Shown in pieces: positions 1 through 11,639 of a stretch of DNA of 64,000 nt (positions are counted from its first letter, which is position 1; the number at the start of each line of letters is the position of its first letter). The position numbers and the translations under genes are program-made. The stretch spans positions 32,292-96,291 of the forward strand of contig CAWJUT010000001.1 of NCBI GenBank assembly GCA_963846105.1. The letters run 5' to 3'. Under the pieces are notes generated by a model, which was not told the origin of the DNA, did no database searches, and saw nothing but the letters and a program-made list of their open reading frames with translations. Origin of the DNA: an uncultured delta proteobacterium (GTDB lineage: Bacteria > Desulfobacterota > Binatia > UTPRO1).

Positions 1-214
1 TCCCCTGTACCTTGCCGTAGAGTCCGCCGGTGGTGATGATCTCGTCATTGCGCTTCAGGTTCTGAATCATGGTCTCGTGCTCGCGCGCGCGCTTCTGCTG
101 CGGCCGGATCAGCAACACGTACAGAATCACGAACATGAGCGCGAACGGCAGCAGATTGACGATCTGGCTCGGCCCCGCCGCACCGCCACCTTGCGCGTAG
201 GCTACGCCGGGCAT
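1..214 (-). CDS. yajC: Preprotein translocase subunit YajC (runs off window start)
   Basis: Hand translation: [71 protein letters not shown] helix + IRPQ.K and TTGG..G motifs; classic queA-tgt-yajC synteny. Confidence 0.93.
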   Translation of the reverse strand, partial: MPGVAYAQGGGAAGPSQIVNLLPFALMFVILYVLLIRPQQKRAREHETMIQNLKRNDEIITTGGLYGKVQG

Positions 215-230
215 GCAACCTCCTCGCGGA

Positions 231-1316
<1,086 letters not shown>

Positions 1317-1320
<4 letters not shown>

Positions 1321-2351
1321 TGGATCAACATCGCGTCGCCGTAGCTGTAGAAGCGGTAACCGGCGGCCCGTGCCGCGCGATAGGCGGCGAGGGTTGGCTC
1401 GATCCCGGCGAAAGCCGCGACCAGCGCGAGCAAGCTCGAGCGTGGCAGGTGAAGGTTGGTGAACAGCGCGTCGACGACGCGAAAACGGTGTCCCGGGGTG
1501 ATGACGAGATCGGTTCGCCCGTCCCCGTCACGCACGGTGCCGTCGTCACACGCGGCACTCTCGAGCGCGCGCACCGTGGTCGTGCCGACGGCGACGATCC
1601 GCCGACGGGCAGCGCGCGCGACACGTACCGACGCGGCCGTCGCCTCGGAAATCGCGTAGCGCTCCGCGGCGACGTGCTGCGAGGCGAGCGACGACGTGCG
1701 CGCGGAGAGAAACGTGGCCGGTCCGACCAGGAGCGTCACGGCCGCGACCTCGACGTCGCGCGCCGCGAGCGCCGCCAGCAGACCGGGCGTGAAATGCAGC
1801 CCGGCGGTCGGCGCGGCGATCGCCCCGCGCACGCGCGCGAAGACGGTCTGGTAGCGCTCCCGATCCTCCGCGAGCGGCCCGACGGGGCGACGGATGTAGG
1901 GTGGCAACGGCAGCTCTCCGTGCGCGTCGAGCGCGGCCGCGAGATCGCCCTCGGCCTGCAGATGGATGTGACGGTACGGTCCATCGGCTTCGCCTTGCCA
2001 GACACCTTCGAGACCGACGCCGAACCGGATGCGCTCGCCAGATCGGACGCGCCCTGCCCGGCGCGCGAGGCAGCGCCAGGTCCCGGTCTCGTCGACCGGC
2101 TCGGTGAGCAGCACCTCCACCTGGCCGCCGGTCACGCGCGTGCCGCGCAAGCGTGCCGGCGTCACCTCGGCGTCGTTCACGATCAGCAGGTCGCCGGGTC
2201 GAAGCCATTCGGGGAGGTCGCGGACGGCGGCGTGGGCCTGCACCCCGTCCCCGCGTCGCAGCACCAGCAACCGGCCGCCATCGCGCGCCGGAAGCGGGCG
2301 CTGCGCGATCAGGGCGGGATCGAGATCGTAGTCGAGCGCGGCCAGGTCCAT
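1317..2351 (-). CDS. queA: S-adenosylmethionine:tRNA ribosyltransferase-isomerase
   Basis: [70 protein letters not shown]. Confidence 0.97.
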
Positions 2352-2428
2352 GGTGATCCGCCTCGTCTACCGCGTAAGAGTCAGCGAATCAAATCAGCTT
2401 CCGCGCTACACTTTTTCCGTTCTCGCCG

Positions 2429-3253
2429 TCATTGCGGCAGCCCGAGCGCCCGCATCACCTGCTGGATGTCTTGCCAGACCAGTCGCTTCTCGGCGGGATT
2501 GCGCAGCAGATACGCGGGATGGAAGGTCGGCATGAGCGCGATGCCGTGATAGTCGGCCCAGACACCGCGCAGGCGGGTGATCGGGGTGCGCGTCTTGAGC
2601 AGGCATTGAGCGGCGAACGTGCCGAGCGCGACGATCACCTTGGGGTGGATGATCTCGAGCTGGCGGATCAAGAAAGGCTCACAGGACGCGATCTCGTCGG
2701 GCTCCGGGTTGCGGTTCTCCGGCGGCCGGCACTTGATGATGTTGGCGATGTAGACGTCCTCGCGCCGGAGCTTCATCCCCTTCACGATGATCTCGGTGAG
2801 GAGTTGCCCGGCGCGGCCGACGAACGGCTCGCCGCGCAGGTCCTCGTCGCGGCCGGGAGCCTCGCCCACGAAGACGAGATCCGCGTTCGGGTTGCCGACC
2901 CCGAACACGAGATGCGTGCGATGGGGCGCGAGCTTGCAGCGTGTACAGTCACCGATGGCCTTCCGCAGATCCTCGAGTGTCGCCGCCGTCCGCACCTCGG
3001 GGGGTGCGAACAGGTCCGCGACCGCCGCATCCGCTGGCCGACCGGGACCGCTGCCGCTCGCCCCGGTGCCGGTCACAGGGTCGTCGCCGGATGCGGCGCC
3101 AGCACCCAGATCGGGAGGCGCCGGAGGCCGCGCCAGCGGCTGCGGGAGACTCGCCAGGGCCGCGGTATCGGATTCGAGACCGGTCTCGCGCAGCCACTCG
3201 AGCCGGGCACGAGCCGCCGTGACGAGCGCCAGCAGGCTATCGCGATCACCCAT
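2429..3253 (-). CDS. Uracil-DNA glycosylase family 4 (4Fe-4S) with low-complexity N-terminal extension
   Basis: [41 protein letters not shown]. Confidence 0.93.
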   Translation of the reverse strand: MGDRDSLLALVTAARARLEWLRETGLESDTAALASLPQPLARPPAPPDLGAGAASGDDPVTGTGASGSGPGRPADAAVADLFAPPEVRTAATLEDLRKAIGDCTRCKLAPHRTHLVFGVGNPNADLVFVGEAPGRDEDLRGEPFVGRAGQLLTEIIVKGMKLRREDVYIANIIKCRPPENRNPEPDEIASCEPFLIRQLEIIHPKVIVALGTFAAQCLLKTRTPITRLRGVWADYHGIALMPTFHPAYLLRNPAEKRLVWQDIQQVMRALGLPQ

Positions 3254-3372
3254 GTCGCGCACCCTCGCAGCGTCCGCGCGCGGCGCCGCGCTCGCCCATC
3301 GCGCGGACCTGGGGCGTGGGCCGGTGAACTCTTGGGTTGTCGGTCCGTCGAGCGGGGAGTACACTTTGCGCA

Positions 3373-4254
3373 ATGGCGCTCGTCATCGTGGGAGTCGTCA
3401 CGGCGGTGCTGCTCCTCATTCCTGGAGAGGCGTACGCGTGGGGACCCGTCACCCACCTGGTGCATGGCGCGACGGTGCTCTCGGCTCTTAGCACCCTCGC
3501 TCCTGCCCTACAAGAAATTCTCCGCACCCACGCCGATGCGTTCCTCTACGGCTGCGTCGGCGCCGACATCATCCAGGCGAAGAAGTTCACGCGCGATCTG
3601 CGCTGTCACTGCCACTCGTGGGCCGTCGGCTGGCAGGTCCTGGAGAGCGCGCGCTCGGATGGCGAGCGCGCCTTCGCCTATGGATACCTCACGCATCTCG
3701 CCGGCGACACGTTCTCGCACAACTACTTCGTGCCGCTGCAACTCATCGTCAGCTTCCGGGCGCGCGCCCTCAAGCACGTCTATTGGGAGGCGCGCTTCGA
3801 TGCCATGCAACCGACCGACGCCTGGCAGCGGGTCCGCGCCGTGGTGAGCCGCCTCTACCCGGATTGCGACGACCTCATGGAGCGCACCGTCGAGCGCACG
3901 CTCTTCTCCTTCAAGACCAACAAGCGCATCTTCAACTCCGTCATGGCGTTGCACGGTCTCGAGCAGTGGCGGGCGCTCATGCACCGGCTCGGCACCCGTT
4001 CCCGCTATCCGCTCGCCGCCGACGACGTCGCACGCTACGACACGCTCTGCAGTCAAGCGGCGCTCGAGATGCTGCGCGTCGGCAAGACGGCGTCGTGCGT
4101 CGCCGCCGATCCGATCGGCCAGGAGAACCTGGCGCGCGCCGAGTCCATTCGCAAGCGCCTGCGGACGCTACAACGCCGCCGCCAGCTGAAGCCCAAGCTG
4201 CACGAGGCGATTCTTCAGACGATCGTTCCGGAGCTGAAGGCCCACATCAGTTGA
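3373..4254 (+). CDS. Secreted zinc-dependent phospholipase C / P1-nuclease-fold protein
   Basis: Signal peptide ending AYA-W; [33 protein letters not shown] motifs of the Zn_dep_PLPC family. Confidence 0.8.
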   Translation: MALVIVGVVTAVLLLIPGEAYAWGPVTHLVHGATVLSALSTLAPALQEILRTHADAFLYGCVGADIIQAKKFTRDLRCHCHSWAVGWQVLESARSDGERAFAYGYLTHLAGDTFSHNYFVPLQLIVSFRARALKHVYWEARFDAMQPTDAWQRVRAVVSRLYPDCDDLMERTVERTLFSFKTNKRIFNSVMALHGLEQWRALMHRLGTRSRYPLAADDVARYDTLCSQAALEMLRVGKTASCVAADPIGQENLARAESIRKRLRTLQRRRQLKPKLHEAILQTIVPELKAHIS

Positions 4255-4365
4255 TTACGCGCCCGTGCGGGCGGCGGCTGCGCCGCCGTCCTCCGATGCG
4301 CGTCGGCTCCCGAAGTCAATTCGCTAGCCTCCTGATTCCGCGCCCGTGCGGGCGGCGGCTGCGCC
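4252..4365. repeat. Two 33-bp direct repeats (4252-4284, 4333-4365), each with a GCCCG-TG-CGGGC hairpin
   Basis: tgatt[a/c]cgcgcccgtgcgggcggcggctgcgcc occurs twice, 81 bp apart, one mismatch, between convergent genes. REP-like. Confidence 0.85.
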
Positions 4366-4380
4366 TCCCGCGGGAGCGGA

Positions 4381-5622
4381 TCAGCGGCGCGGGCGGAGCC
4401 GGCGGGGCTCGCTCACCGCGGTCCGCCGCGGCGAGCGCAGGTCGCGCACGCGGTCGAGGATGACGCCTGCCACCTCGTCCTTGGTCAACTTCTCGAGGTG
4501 CTCGACGCGCCCGCTGCGCTCGATCAGCGTCACCACGTTGGTGTCGACGTCGAAGCCCGCGTCGGATCTCGACACGTCGTTCGCCACCATCAGATGCACA
4601 CCCTTCGCCTGCAGCTTGCGGCGGGCGTTGGCGACAAGATCACGAGTCTCGGCTGCGAACCCCACCAGCAAGCGCGTCCCGGGGAGCGCGCTCACGCGCG
4701 CCAGGATGTCGGGGTTGGGCGTGAGACGAAGCGAGATCTCGCCGCGCCCGCGCTTGAGCTTGTGGCGCGGCTGCTCCACTGGCCGGTAGTCCCCGACCGC
4801 CGCCGCCATCACCACGCAATCGGCGCGTGGCGCGTGCTGCAGAGCTGCGCGCTCCATCTCGCGTGCGTTCGTCACCGGCACCAGGTCGACGCCGCGCGGA
4901 GCCGCAAGCGCCGTCGGCCCGCTCACCAGCGTCACCTGCGCGCCGCGCCGCCGAGCCGCGCGCGCCAGCGCATACCCCATCTTCCCCGACGAGCGGTTGG
5001 CGATGTGCCGCACCGGGTCGATCGCTTCCCATGTAGGACCGGCGCTCACCAGCACGTGCACGCCCACCAGGTCTTTCACGCTGACGGCGGCCGCCACCTC
5101 CTCGACGAGCACGTGGGGATCCGGCAAGCGTCCCGCACCTTCGTACCCGCAGGCAAGAAAGCCGGCGTCGGGCTCGATGACGATCCGACCCAGATCGGCG
5201 AGGCGCGCGATGTTCTGCCGGACCACGGGATTCTCGTACATGTGCACGTTCATCGCCGGCGCCACCAGAATCGGCGCGCGGGTCGCCAGCGCGATCGTGG
5301 TGAGGAGGTCGTCCGCGATTCCGGTCGCGAGCTTGGCGATGACGTTGGCGGTGGCGGGAGCGATCAGCAGCGCGTCGGCCGTGTCGGCGAGTCGGATGTG
5401 GCCGATCTCGGACTCGTGCGTGAGATCGAACGTGCTCTGGGCAACCGGATTCCCCGAGAGCGTCTGGAGCGTGAGCGGGGTCACGAACTCGGCGGCGCCG
5501 CGCGTCAGCACGACCCGCACGGTTGCGCCCCCCTGCACCAGGAGCCGGACGGTCTCGCACATCTTGTAGGCCGCGATGCCGCCGGTGATCCCGACGACGA
5601 TCGTCTTGCCACGCACGCTCAT
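4381..5622 (-). CDS. coaBC: Bifunctional phosphopantothenoylcysteine decarboxylase/synthetase
   Basis: GITGGIAAYK, APATAN, APAMN..M, SAGPTWEAIDPVRHIANRSSGKMG, AAVGDYRP, VGFAAET. Confidence 0.97.
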   Translation of the reverse strand: MSVRGKTIVVGITGGIAAYKMCETVRLLVQGGATVRVVLTRGAAEFVTPLTLQTLSGNPVAQSTFDLTHESEIGHIRLADTADALLIAPATANVIAKLATGIADDLLTTIALATRAPILVAPAMNVHMYENPVVRQNIARLADLGRIVIEPDAGFLACGYEGAGRLPDPHVLVEEVAAAVSVKDLVGVHVLVSAGPTWEAIDPVRHIANRSSGKMGYALARAARRRGAQVTLVSGPTALAAPRGVDLVPVTNAREMERAALQHAPRADCVVMAAAVGDYRPVEQPRHKLKRGRGEISLRLTPNPDILARVSALPGTRLLVGFAAETRDLVANARRKLQAKGVHLMVANDVSRSDAGFDVDTNVVTLIERSGRVEHLEKLTKDEVAGVILDRVRDLRSPRRTAVSEPRRLRPRR

Positions 5623-6629
5623 GGGCGGGGCTCCGCTGGCACGGTGTTTCCTTCGACCGCCTGCACGTCGCGCAAGCTTATGTTCTCACGCAGAAGGAAC
5701 ACAACCCCCAAGACGATCTGCGTCAACCACTGAACCGCCCACACGACGATGGCAAACGGCGTCGCGTCGGCCTCGCCGATCCCGAACAGCGCCAGTGCCG
5801 TGACGCAGCCGAACTGGAAGGTGCCGATGAAGCCGGGAGCGGAAGGCGCCGATACCGCGCCCGCGACCACGGTGACCAGGGTGAGCGCTCCGGTCAGGGG
5901 CGGTACCGGGAGACCGCAGGCGATGAATCCGAGCGCGAAGACACCGGCAATCGCCACCCACAGATAGACGGAATAGAGCGCGATGCGCGCGAACGCCCCG
6001 GCGCCGCCGATGCTTTGCAGCCCGTCGATGAAGCCATCCAAGGCATGGCGCACGCGGTCGCGGAAGCTCGCCGGCACGAGATCGATCATGCCTCCGACCA
6101 GGCGCATCGCGAGCGGATGGCGCCGCTGCAACGCCAACACCAACGGAACCGTCGCGAGCGCGAAGACCACGAACACCATTCCGCCGCGGCGGATGGCGTC
6201 CGAGACCGGCACCAGCATGATCACGACGCCGAGGAAGCCGAGGATGGTGACCATGTCGAGCAGGCGCTCGAGGAGCACCGAGCCCAGCACGCCCTGCACC
6301 GGCGTCCCGGTGCGGCGCGCGAGAAGGATCGGCCGCACCACCTCACCGACGCGCAGCGGCAACACCATGTTGCAGAAGAACCCGATGCAGGTGGCAGAAA
6401 ACAGCGGCAGCAAGGGCACGTGTCCGAACGGACGCAACAGAAGCTGCCAGCGTTGGCAGCGCACGAAGATCGTGAACGCCGTGAGCGCGGCGAGCGGGAT
6501 CACATAGATGTACTGGACACGGGCGAAGGCTTGCCAGACGCGCGGCCACTCGCTCTGCGGCGGTACCGCGAAGTAGAGCGCAATCATCGAGATCGCGATC
6601 CCAATCGCGATGCGTCCGCCGCGACTCAT
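5619..6629 (-). CDS. Lysylphosphatidylglycerol-synthase TM region / flippase-like membrane protein (UPF0104)
   Basis: Multi-TM; RWQLLL, GFFCNMVLPLRVGEVVR, LLERLLD, PSAPGFIG.F pattern. Confidence 0.85.
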   Translation of the reverse strand: MSRGGRIAIGIAISMIALYFAVPPQSEWPRVWQAFARVQYIYVIPLAALTAFTIFVRCQRWQLLLRPFGHVPLLPLFSATCIGFFCNMVLPLRVGEVVRPILLARRTGTPVQGVLGSVLLERLLDMVTILGFLGVVIMLVPVSDAIRRGGMVFVVFALATVPLVLALQRRHPLAMRLVGGMIDLVPASFRDRVRHALDGFIDGLQSIGGAGAFARIALYSVYLWVAIAGVFALGFIACGLPVPPLTGALTLVTVVAGAVSAPSAPGFIGTFQFGCVTALALFGIGEADATPFAIVVWAVQWLTQIVLGVVFLLRENISLRDVQAVEGNTVPAEPRP

Positions 6630-6639
6630 CCTGGCCCCA

Positions 6640-6810
6640 TCACGATCGCGACGGCTGGCGCCATTCCGCCGCCAGGCAGGCGGCGCCCGCAACCACGAGC
6701 GCCATCCCTCGCCACCACCAATCGGCATCGAGAATCACGCCCGCCCCGAGCAGCACCAGGAAGACACCAATCACGCCGAACGGTCGCTGTCGACTCGCCA
6801 CGTCGATCAC
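6640..6810 (-). CDS. Small two-TM hypothetical protein (~56 aa)
   Basis: VIDVASRQRPFGVIGVFLVLLGAGVILDADWWWRGMALVVAGAACLAAEWRQPSRS; GTGA overlap with the upstream CDP-alcohol transferase. Confidence 0.55.
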   Translation of the reverse strand: MIDVASRQRPFGVIGVFLVLLGAGVILDADWWWRGMALVVAGAACLAAEWRQPSRS

Positions 6811-7535
6811 GAGAATCGTCGCACCGCGTAGAGGACACGCTGGAGCGCGGTCAAATTGGCGAGCAGGGCCACGAGAAGAACACTGCCGACGAGCAGCCCG
6901 GACGCGGGAGCCGGACTGCACGTCAGATGACCGACGAGCGTGCCGACGATCGCCCCGCCACCGAGCAACACGTAGCGCTCCGGCCGCTGCATGAGCCCGA
7001 TCGAGCAGGAGATGCCGAGCGCCTCCGCACGGGCGCGCGTGTAGCTCACCATGAAGCCGCCGATCAAGGCTGCCAACACCGCCCAGAGTGCCCAACTCGC
7101 CTGAAAGTAGACGGCGAGCCCGAGGCAGACCGCGCCCTCACCATAGCGATCGGTGACCGAATCGACGAACGCGCCGCGCGGGCCGGCTGCCCCTTCCTTG
7201 CGAGCGATGGCGCCGTCGAGCACGTCGAGTGTGCCGCCACCGATCAGCAACCAACCGCCGGTGAACGTCCAGCCGGCGCCGAACGCCAGCGCCGAGAGCA
7301 CGCTCGCGCCGAGCTGCAGCCCGGTCACCGCGTTGGCGCCGACCCCTGCACGCACGAGCGTGTCGGCGAGCGGCTCGAGGCGGTCGCGAAACCAGGTGCG
7401 CAACCCCGTTCCGAGGAGGCCGCTCGCGGGCGCTTCGGCGAAGCCTTCGCGCTGCCGCAATACCGGCACGACCTCGCGAGCGATCAGGACGCCGATGAAG
7501 GCGAACACGCCCGCGGCAAGCCAGGGATGGCACAT
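6807..7535 (-). CDS. CDP-alcohol phosphatidyltransferase (phosphatidylinositol-phosphate synthase-like)
   Basis: Signature LDVLDGAIAR..GAFVDSVTDRYGE; SYTRARAE and GLMQRPER as in PgsA/PIP synthases; directly downstream of ino1. Confidence 0.88.
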   Translation of the reverse strand: MCHPWLAAGVFAFIGVLIAREVVPVLRQREGFAEAPASGLLGTGLRTWFRDRLEPLADTLVRAGVGANAVTGLQLGASVLSALAFGAGWTFTGGWLLIGGGTLDVLDGAIARKEGAAGPRGAFVDSVTDRYGEGAVCLGLAVYFQASWALWAVLAALIGGFMVSYTRARAEALGISCSIGLMQRPERYVLLGGGAIVGTLVGHLTCSPAPASGLLVGSVLLVALLANLTALQRVLYAVRRFS

Positions 7536-7579
7536 GCCGGCGGTTCCAGCGCGTCCTACGAGGAGCCCGACCGGGACCC

Positions 7580-8684
7580 CTACTGGTCGATCTCTCCGCT
7601 GATGAACTTCTCCACCAGATCACGAGCGAGATCGTCGGTGATCTGGATCGGCGGGTGCTTCATCAGGTAGGCGGAGATGCTGCGCAACGGCCCGCCGATG
7701 CCGCGATCGCGCGCCAGGCGGCAACAGCGGATGGCATCGATGGCGACGCCCGCGGAGTTCGGACTGTCCTGCACCGACAACCTGAGCTCGAGCTCCATCG
7801 GGACGTTGCCGAACGCACGGCCCTCGATGCGCAGGAAGCAGATCTTGTTGTCGCCTTGCCAGGGCACGTAGTCGCTCGGCCCGATGTGGATCTCGCGTGC
7901 CGGGAGACGTTCCGGCAGGACCGCTTGCACGGCCTCGGTCTTCGACACCTTCTTCGAGCCGAGACGGCTGCGATTCAGCATGTTGAGAAAATCGGTGTTG
8001 CCACCGGTGTTGAGCTGATACGTGCGCTCGAGCTTGATGCCACGATCGCTGAACAGCTTGGCGAGCGTGCGGTGCACGATGGTGGCGCCGAGCTGCGATT
8101 TGATGTCGTCGCCGACGACCGGGATGCCCCGACTGGTGAAGCGCTCGCTCCACACTGGATCGGAGACGATGAAAACCGGCATGCAGTTGACCAGACTCGT
8201 GCCGGTCTCGAGGCATGCCTGCGCATAGTGCTCGCCGGCCTTCTGGCTGCCGACGGGGAGATAGCTGACCAGGACCTCGGTGCCGGTGGCCTTGAGCACG
8301 GCCGCGACGTCCACGGGCGCGGTGCGGGCGGGCACGAAGGTCTCGTCGTCGGGGTAGTCGGCCATGTGCTCCGCCACGCCGTCGAGAATCGGTCCCATTT
8401 GAACCGTGACGCCGTACTCCGGGAGCTCGCGCCAGATCTCGATCGCCTTGTTCGGTCTGGCGAACACCGCCTTGTGGAGCGGTTGCTCGACCTTGCGCGC
8501 GTCGATGTCGAAGGCGCACGACGAGCTCGAGGTCCTCGGGCCGGTAGCCACCGAGGTCATAGTGCATCAGGCCGGTGTGCTCGACCGCCGCGGAGCCGTT
8601 CAGGTGCCGATAGTACTCGATGCCCTGAATCAGACTGCTCGCGCAGTTTCCGACGCCGACGATGCCGACCCGGATCTTCGTCAT
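7580..8684 (-). CDS. ino1: myo-Inositol-1-phosphate synthase (frameshift near 8520)
   Basis: [74 protein letters not shown]. Confidence 0.95.
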
Positions 8685-8788
8685 AGGCCTCTTCCCATCG
8701 CAACGCCGCAACATTGTGAAACGGCTAAGGAAACGCGGTCTATAACGAACGGCTCCCGCCTTGTAAAGGGACCGGAGCGGACGGCGCG

Positions 8789-9124
8789 CTACTTCTTGCG
8801 GAAGCGCGAAGGGAATCCGGGCTCGAACGAGCGATCGGGGTGGATCACCTGGGCTTTCGCGATCAGTTGCTCCTCGCTCTCGGGATCGTCCGGGTTGGGC
8901 ACGCAGCAGTCCACTGGACAGACCGCGGCGCACTGCTCCTGATCGAAGAAGCCCACACATTCGGTGCACTTCTCCGGCACGATGTAGTAGATCTCGGTCG
9001 AGATCGCCGCATGTTTCTGGCCCGCGTTCTCCCACTCGGCGCCACCCTCGTAGATGGCGGTGTTCGGGCACTCCGGCTCGCACGCGCCGCAGTTGATGCA
9101 CTCCTCGGTGATCATCGTGGACAT
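8789..9124 (-). CDS. YfhL-type 4Fe-4S dicluster ferredoxin
   Basis: [14 protein letters not shown] and [23 protein letters not shown]. Confidence 0.92.
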   Translation of the reverse strand: MSTMITEECINCGACEPECPNTAIYEGGAEWENAGQKHAAISTEIYYIVPEKCTECVGFFDQEQCAAVCPVDCCVPNPDDPESEEQLIAKAQVIHPDRSFEPGFPSRFRKK

Positions 9125-9192
9125 TCAGGATCTCCTCCAAGACGACGGATACCACGGCTAACATGGCGGCGCGGGAGCGTAAAGCACCACAA

Positions 9193-10270
9193 TCAGGACG
9201 TCGCGACGCTCGCTTGGGGAGCACGCTCGAGCGCCGCCATCACCTTGCCGGCGATGTCCCGCGAAGATGGCGGTCACCGGATGTGAAGGGTCGACCGCCA
9301 CCAGCGGCGCGCCTCGATCCATGCTCGTCACGATGTCGGCGAGCAGCGGAATCTCGCCGAGCAGCTCGACACCGAGCGCCGCGGCCTCCCGCCGCCCGCC
9401 TCCGGAGCCGAAGAGATCGTCGCGGACGCCGCAGCGCGGGCAGGTGTAGGTGCTCATGTTCTCGATCAAGCCGAGCACGGGCGCGTTGACGGTCTGAAAC
9501 ATCGCGATGCCGCGGCGCACGTCCTGCAAGGCGACGTCCTGGGGCGTGGTGACGATGACGCCGCCGGCCACCGGCACCTGCTGCACGAGCGTCAGCTGCG
9601 CGTCGCCCGTACCCGGGGGAAGGTCGATCACGAGCACGTCCAACTCGCCCCAGACGACGTCCTTCAGGAACTGGCGTACGATGCTCATGACCATCGGCCC
9701 GCGCCAGATCACGGGCGACGTGTCGTCGAGGAAGAAACCCATCGAGATGAGCGCGAGACCATGGCGCTCGATCGGAAAGATCTTCTTGCTCTCGGCCATG
9801 CGCGGTCGCGCATCGGGAACACCCATCATCAAAGGCACGCTCGGACCGTAGATGTCGGCATCGAGGAGGCCCGTACGCAGGCCGCGCGCCTTGAGCGCCA
9901 GGGCCAGGTTGACCGCCACCGTCGACTTGCCGACCCCGCCCTTGCCGCTCGCGACCGCCAGGATCCGTGCCACGCCGGGGAGCGGCGCGCGCTCGTCGAA
10001 CGGGCTCGCCGCCGCGGCGCGCGCCGCGTCCGCACCGGCGATGCGTACGTCGACCATCTCGACCCCGGCGAGCGTTCGCACCTCGGCTTCGATGCGGCGC
10101 TGGAGTTCCGCCAAGACCGACTGCGTGCGCGTGCCCGGATTGAGCAGCACCGTCACGCGTCCACCCTCCACGGCGACGTCGCGCACCATGCCGAAAGCCA
10201 CGATGTCGCGCGCGAAGCCCGGGTACCGGACGCGCTCCAAGCAGGCGCGTATGTCGTCGGCGTTCGCCAC
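9193..10270 (-). CDS. mrp: Mrp/NBP35 (ApbC) Fe-S cluster carrier ATPase (frameshift near 9250)
   Basis: [40 protein letters not shown]. Confidence 0.93.
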
Positions 10271-10504
10271 GGAGTCCGGAAGGCAGGAGCCACCCTATTC
10301 GTGCCGGGCCGCAAAGGCAATTCGTCGTCCCGTTCGCGACCGTCGCGACATTCGGGCCCGTCGTCGCGCCTGCGTTCGCCCCGTCGACGCGCCCGCCACA
10401 CGCCGGCACGCGAGAACGCTCCAACTTGACAATGCGAAATGTTTACCATTAGGTGGCGCCTGCCTGCCGACCGCGTCGCGACCGACACTGTTAAGGATAC
10501 GGGA

Positions 10505-11507
10505 GTGAGCGATTCCCATGACTGGCGCGAACGCAGCATCCTCCTGCGCGGCAACGGCGCGGCCGCCCTCGGTCTGATCGCGCCCGATCTCGCGCGGGTC
10601 GAGCGCAAGCTCGACGAGTTGCTCGTGTCGCGTGAGGCCCTGCTCTCCGAGATCTCACAGCACCTGATCGGAAGCGGCGGCAAGCGCGTCCGGCCGGCGG
10701 TGGCGCTGCTGGTCTTCAACGCCTGCGGCGGCGAGGACGTGACCGACATGATCGACGTCGCGGTCGCGCTCGAGCTCATCCACTCCGCGACGCTTGCTGC
10801 ACGACGACATCATCGACGGCGGAAAGACGCGGCGCGGGCGCGCCAGCGCTTTCAGCCACTACGGTCTCGCCAACACGCTGGTCACCGGCGACTTCCTTTT
10901 CAGCAAGGCCTTCGAGCTGTGTGGACGTTTCGAGGAGCGCATCGTGCGTTGGGCCGCCGACGCGTGCATCAGCCTGACCGAGGGCGAGGTGATGCAGGGC
11001 CGGTTCCGTCGCAATCCCGCCGTCACGGTCGACGACTATCTCGAGATCATCAAGCGCAAGACCGCGTCGCTGTTCTCACAAGGCGCGCGTGTGGCGGCCC
11101 ACCTGGCCGGCGTCACGACCGAGGCGGCGGACGCGATGTGGCGGTGCGGCCTCAACATCGGCATGGCGTTTCAAGTGGTCGACGACCTTCTCGACGTCGA
11201 CGGCGATGAGGACGTCACCGGCAAGCCGGTCGGCATCGATCTGCGCGACGGCAATCCATCGCTGCCACTGGTGCTGGCCCTGGAAGACCCCGAAGTGCGC
11301 CGCGTGTTCGTCACCCCCGACCCGAGCGAGAGCGACATCACGGGAGCGCTCGATCGCGTGCGCCGTTTGGGCGTGCTCACGACCGTCCGTCGCTTCGCCG
11401 AGGAGTACAGCGCGCGCGCCCGCGACGACCTCGCGCGCCTGCCCTACTCGGCCTACCGGCAGGCGCTCGACGGCATCGTCACCGAGATCGAGGAACGACG
11501 CCTGTGA
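10505..11507 (+). CDS. Polyprenyl-diphosphate synthase, IspB-like (frameshift near 10795)
   Basis: GGKRVRP, ELIHSATL/LHDDIIDG..TRRG, KTASLF, AFQVVDDLLD, GIDLRDGNPSLP. Confidence 0.92.
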
Positions 11508-11509
11508 AC

Positions 11510-11604
11510 TCGACCGCCCCGGCGCTGTCCGGGGTGAACCAACGATTCGCCTTCGTGAGATCGACCGCCCCGGCGCTGTGCGGGGTGAACCAACGATTCG
11601 CCTT
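11510..11604. repeat. Tandem 44-bp direct repeat (11510-11553, 11561-11604), period 51 bp
   Basis: tcgaccgccccggcgctgt[c/g]cggggtgaaccaacgattcgcctt twice, one mismatch; internal CCCCG...CGGGG hairpin. Confidence 0.92.
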
Positions 11605-11631
11605 GACAGAGCGCCGGAGCGACGAAACAAT
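11603..11631 (+). promoter_or_regulatory. Putative sigma70 promoter of moaA (near-leaderless)
   Basis: TTGACA (11603-11608), 17 bp spacer, AACAAT (11626-11631), 8 bp before the ATG at 11640. Confidence 0.55.
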
Positions 11632-11639
11632 CCAGCCGC

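Noticed and set aside
6015-7670. Long antisense or alternate-frame ORFs (also 11076-12587, 13751-15700, 55692-56999 and many others)
   Set aside because: Shadow ORFs expected at this GC content; Arg/Ala/Gly-rich with no motifs, opposite well-supported genes.
6807-8684. Di-myo-inositol-phosphate (compatible solute) pathway
   Set aside because: No inositol-1-phosphate cytidylyltransferase gene or domain is adjacent; lipid synthesis is the simpler reading.
10426-10455. Sigma70 promoter TTGACA upstream of the polyprenyl synthase
   Set aside because: The best TAnnnT hexamer is only 12 bp away, so the spacing is not convincing.
11510-11604. CRISPR array
   Set aside because: Only two units, a 7-bp gap instead of a spacer, and no cas genes in the window.
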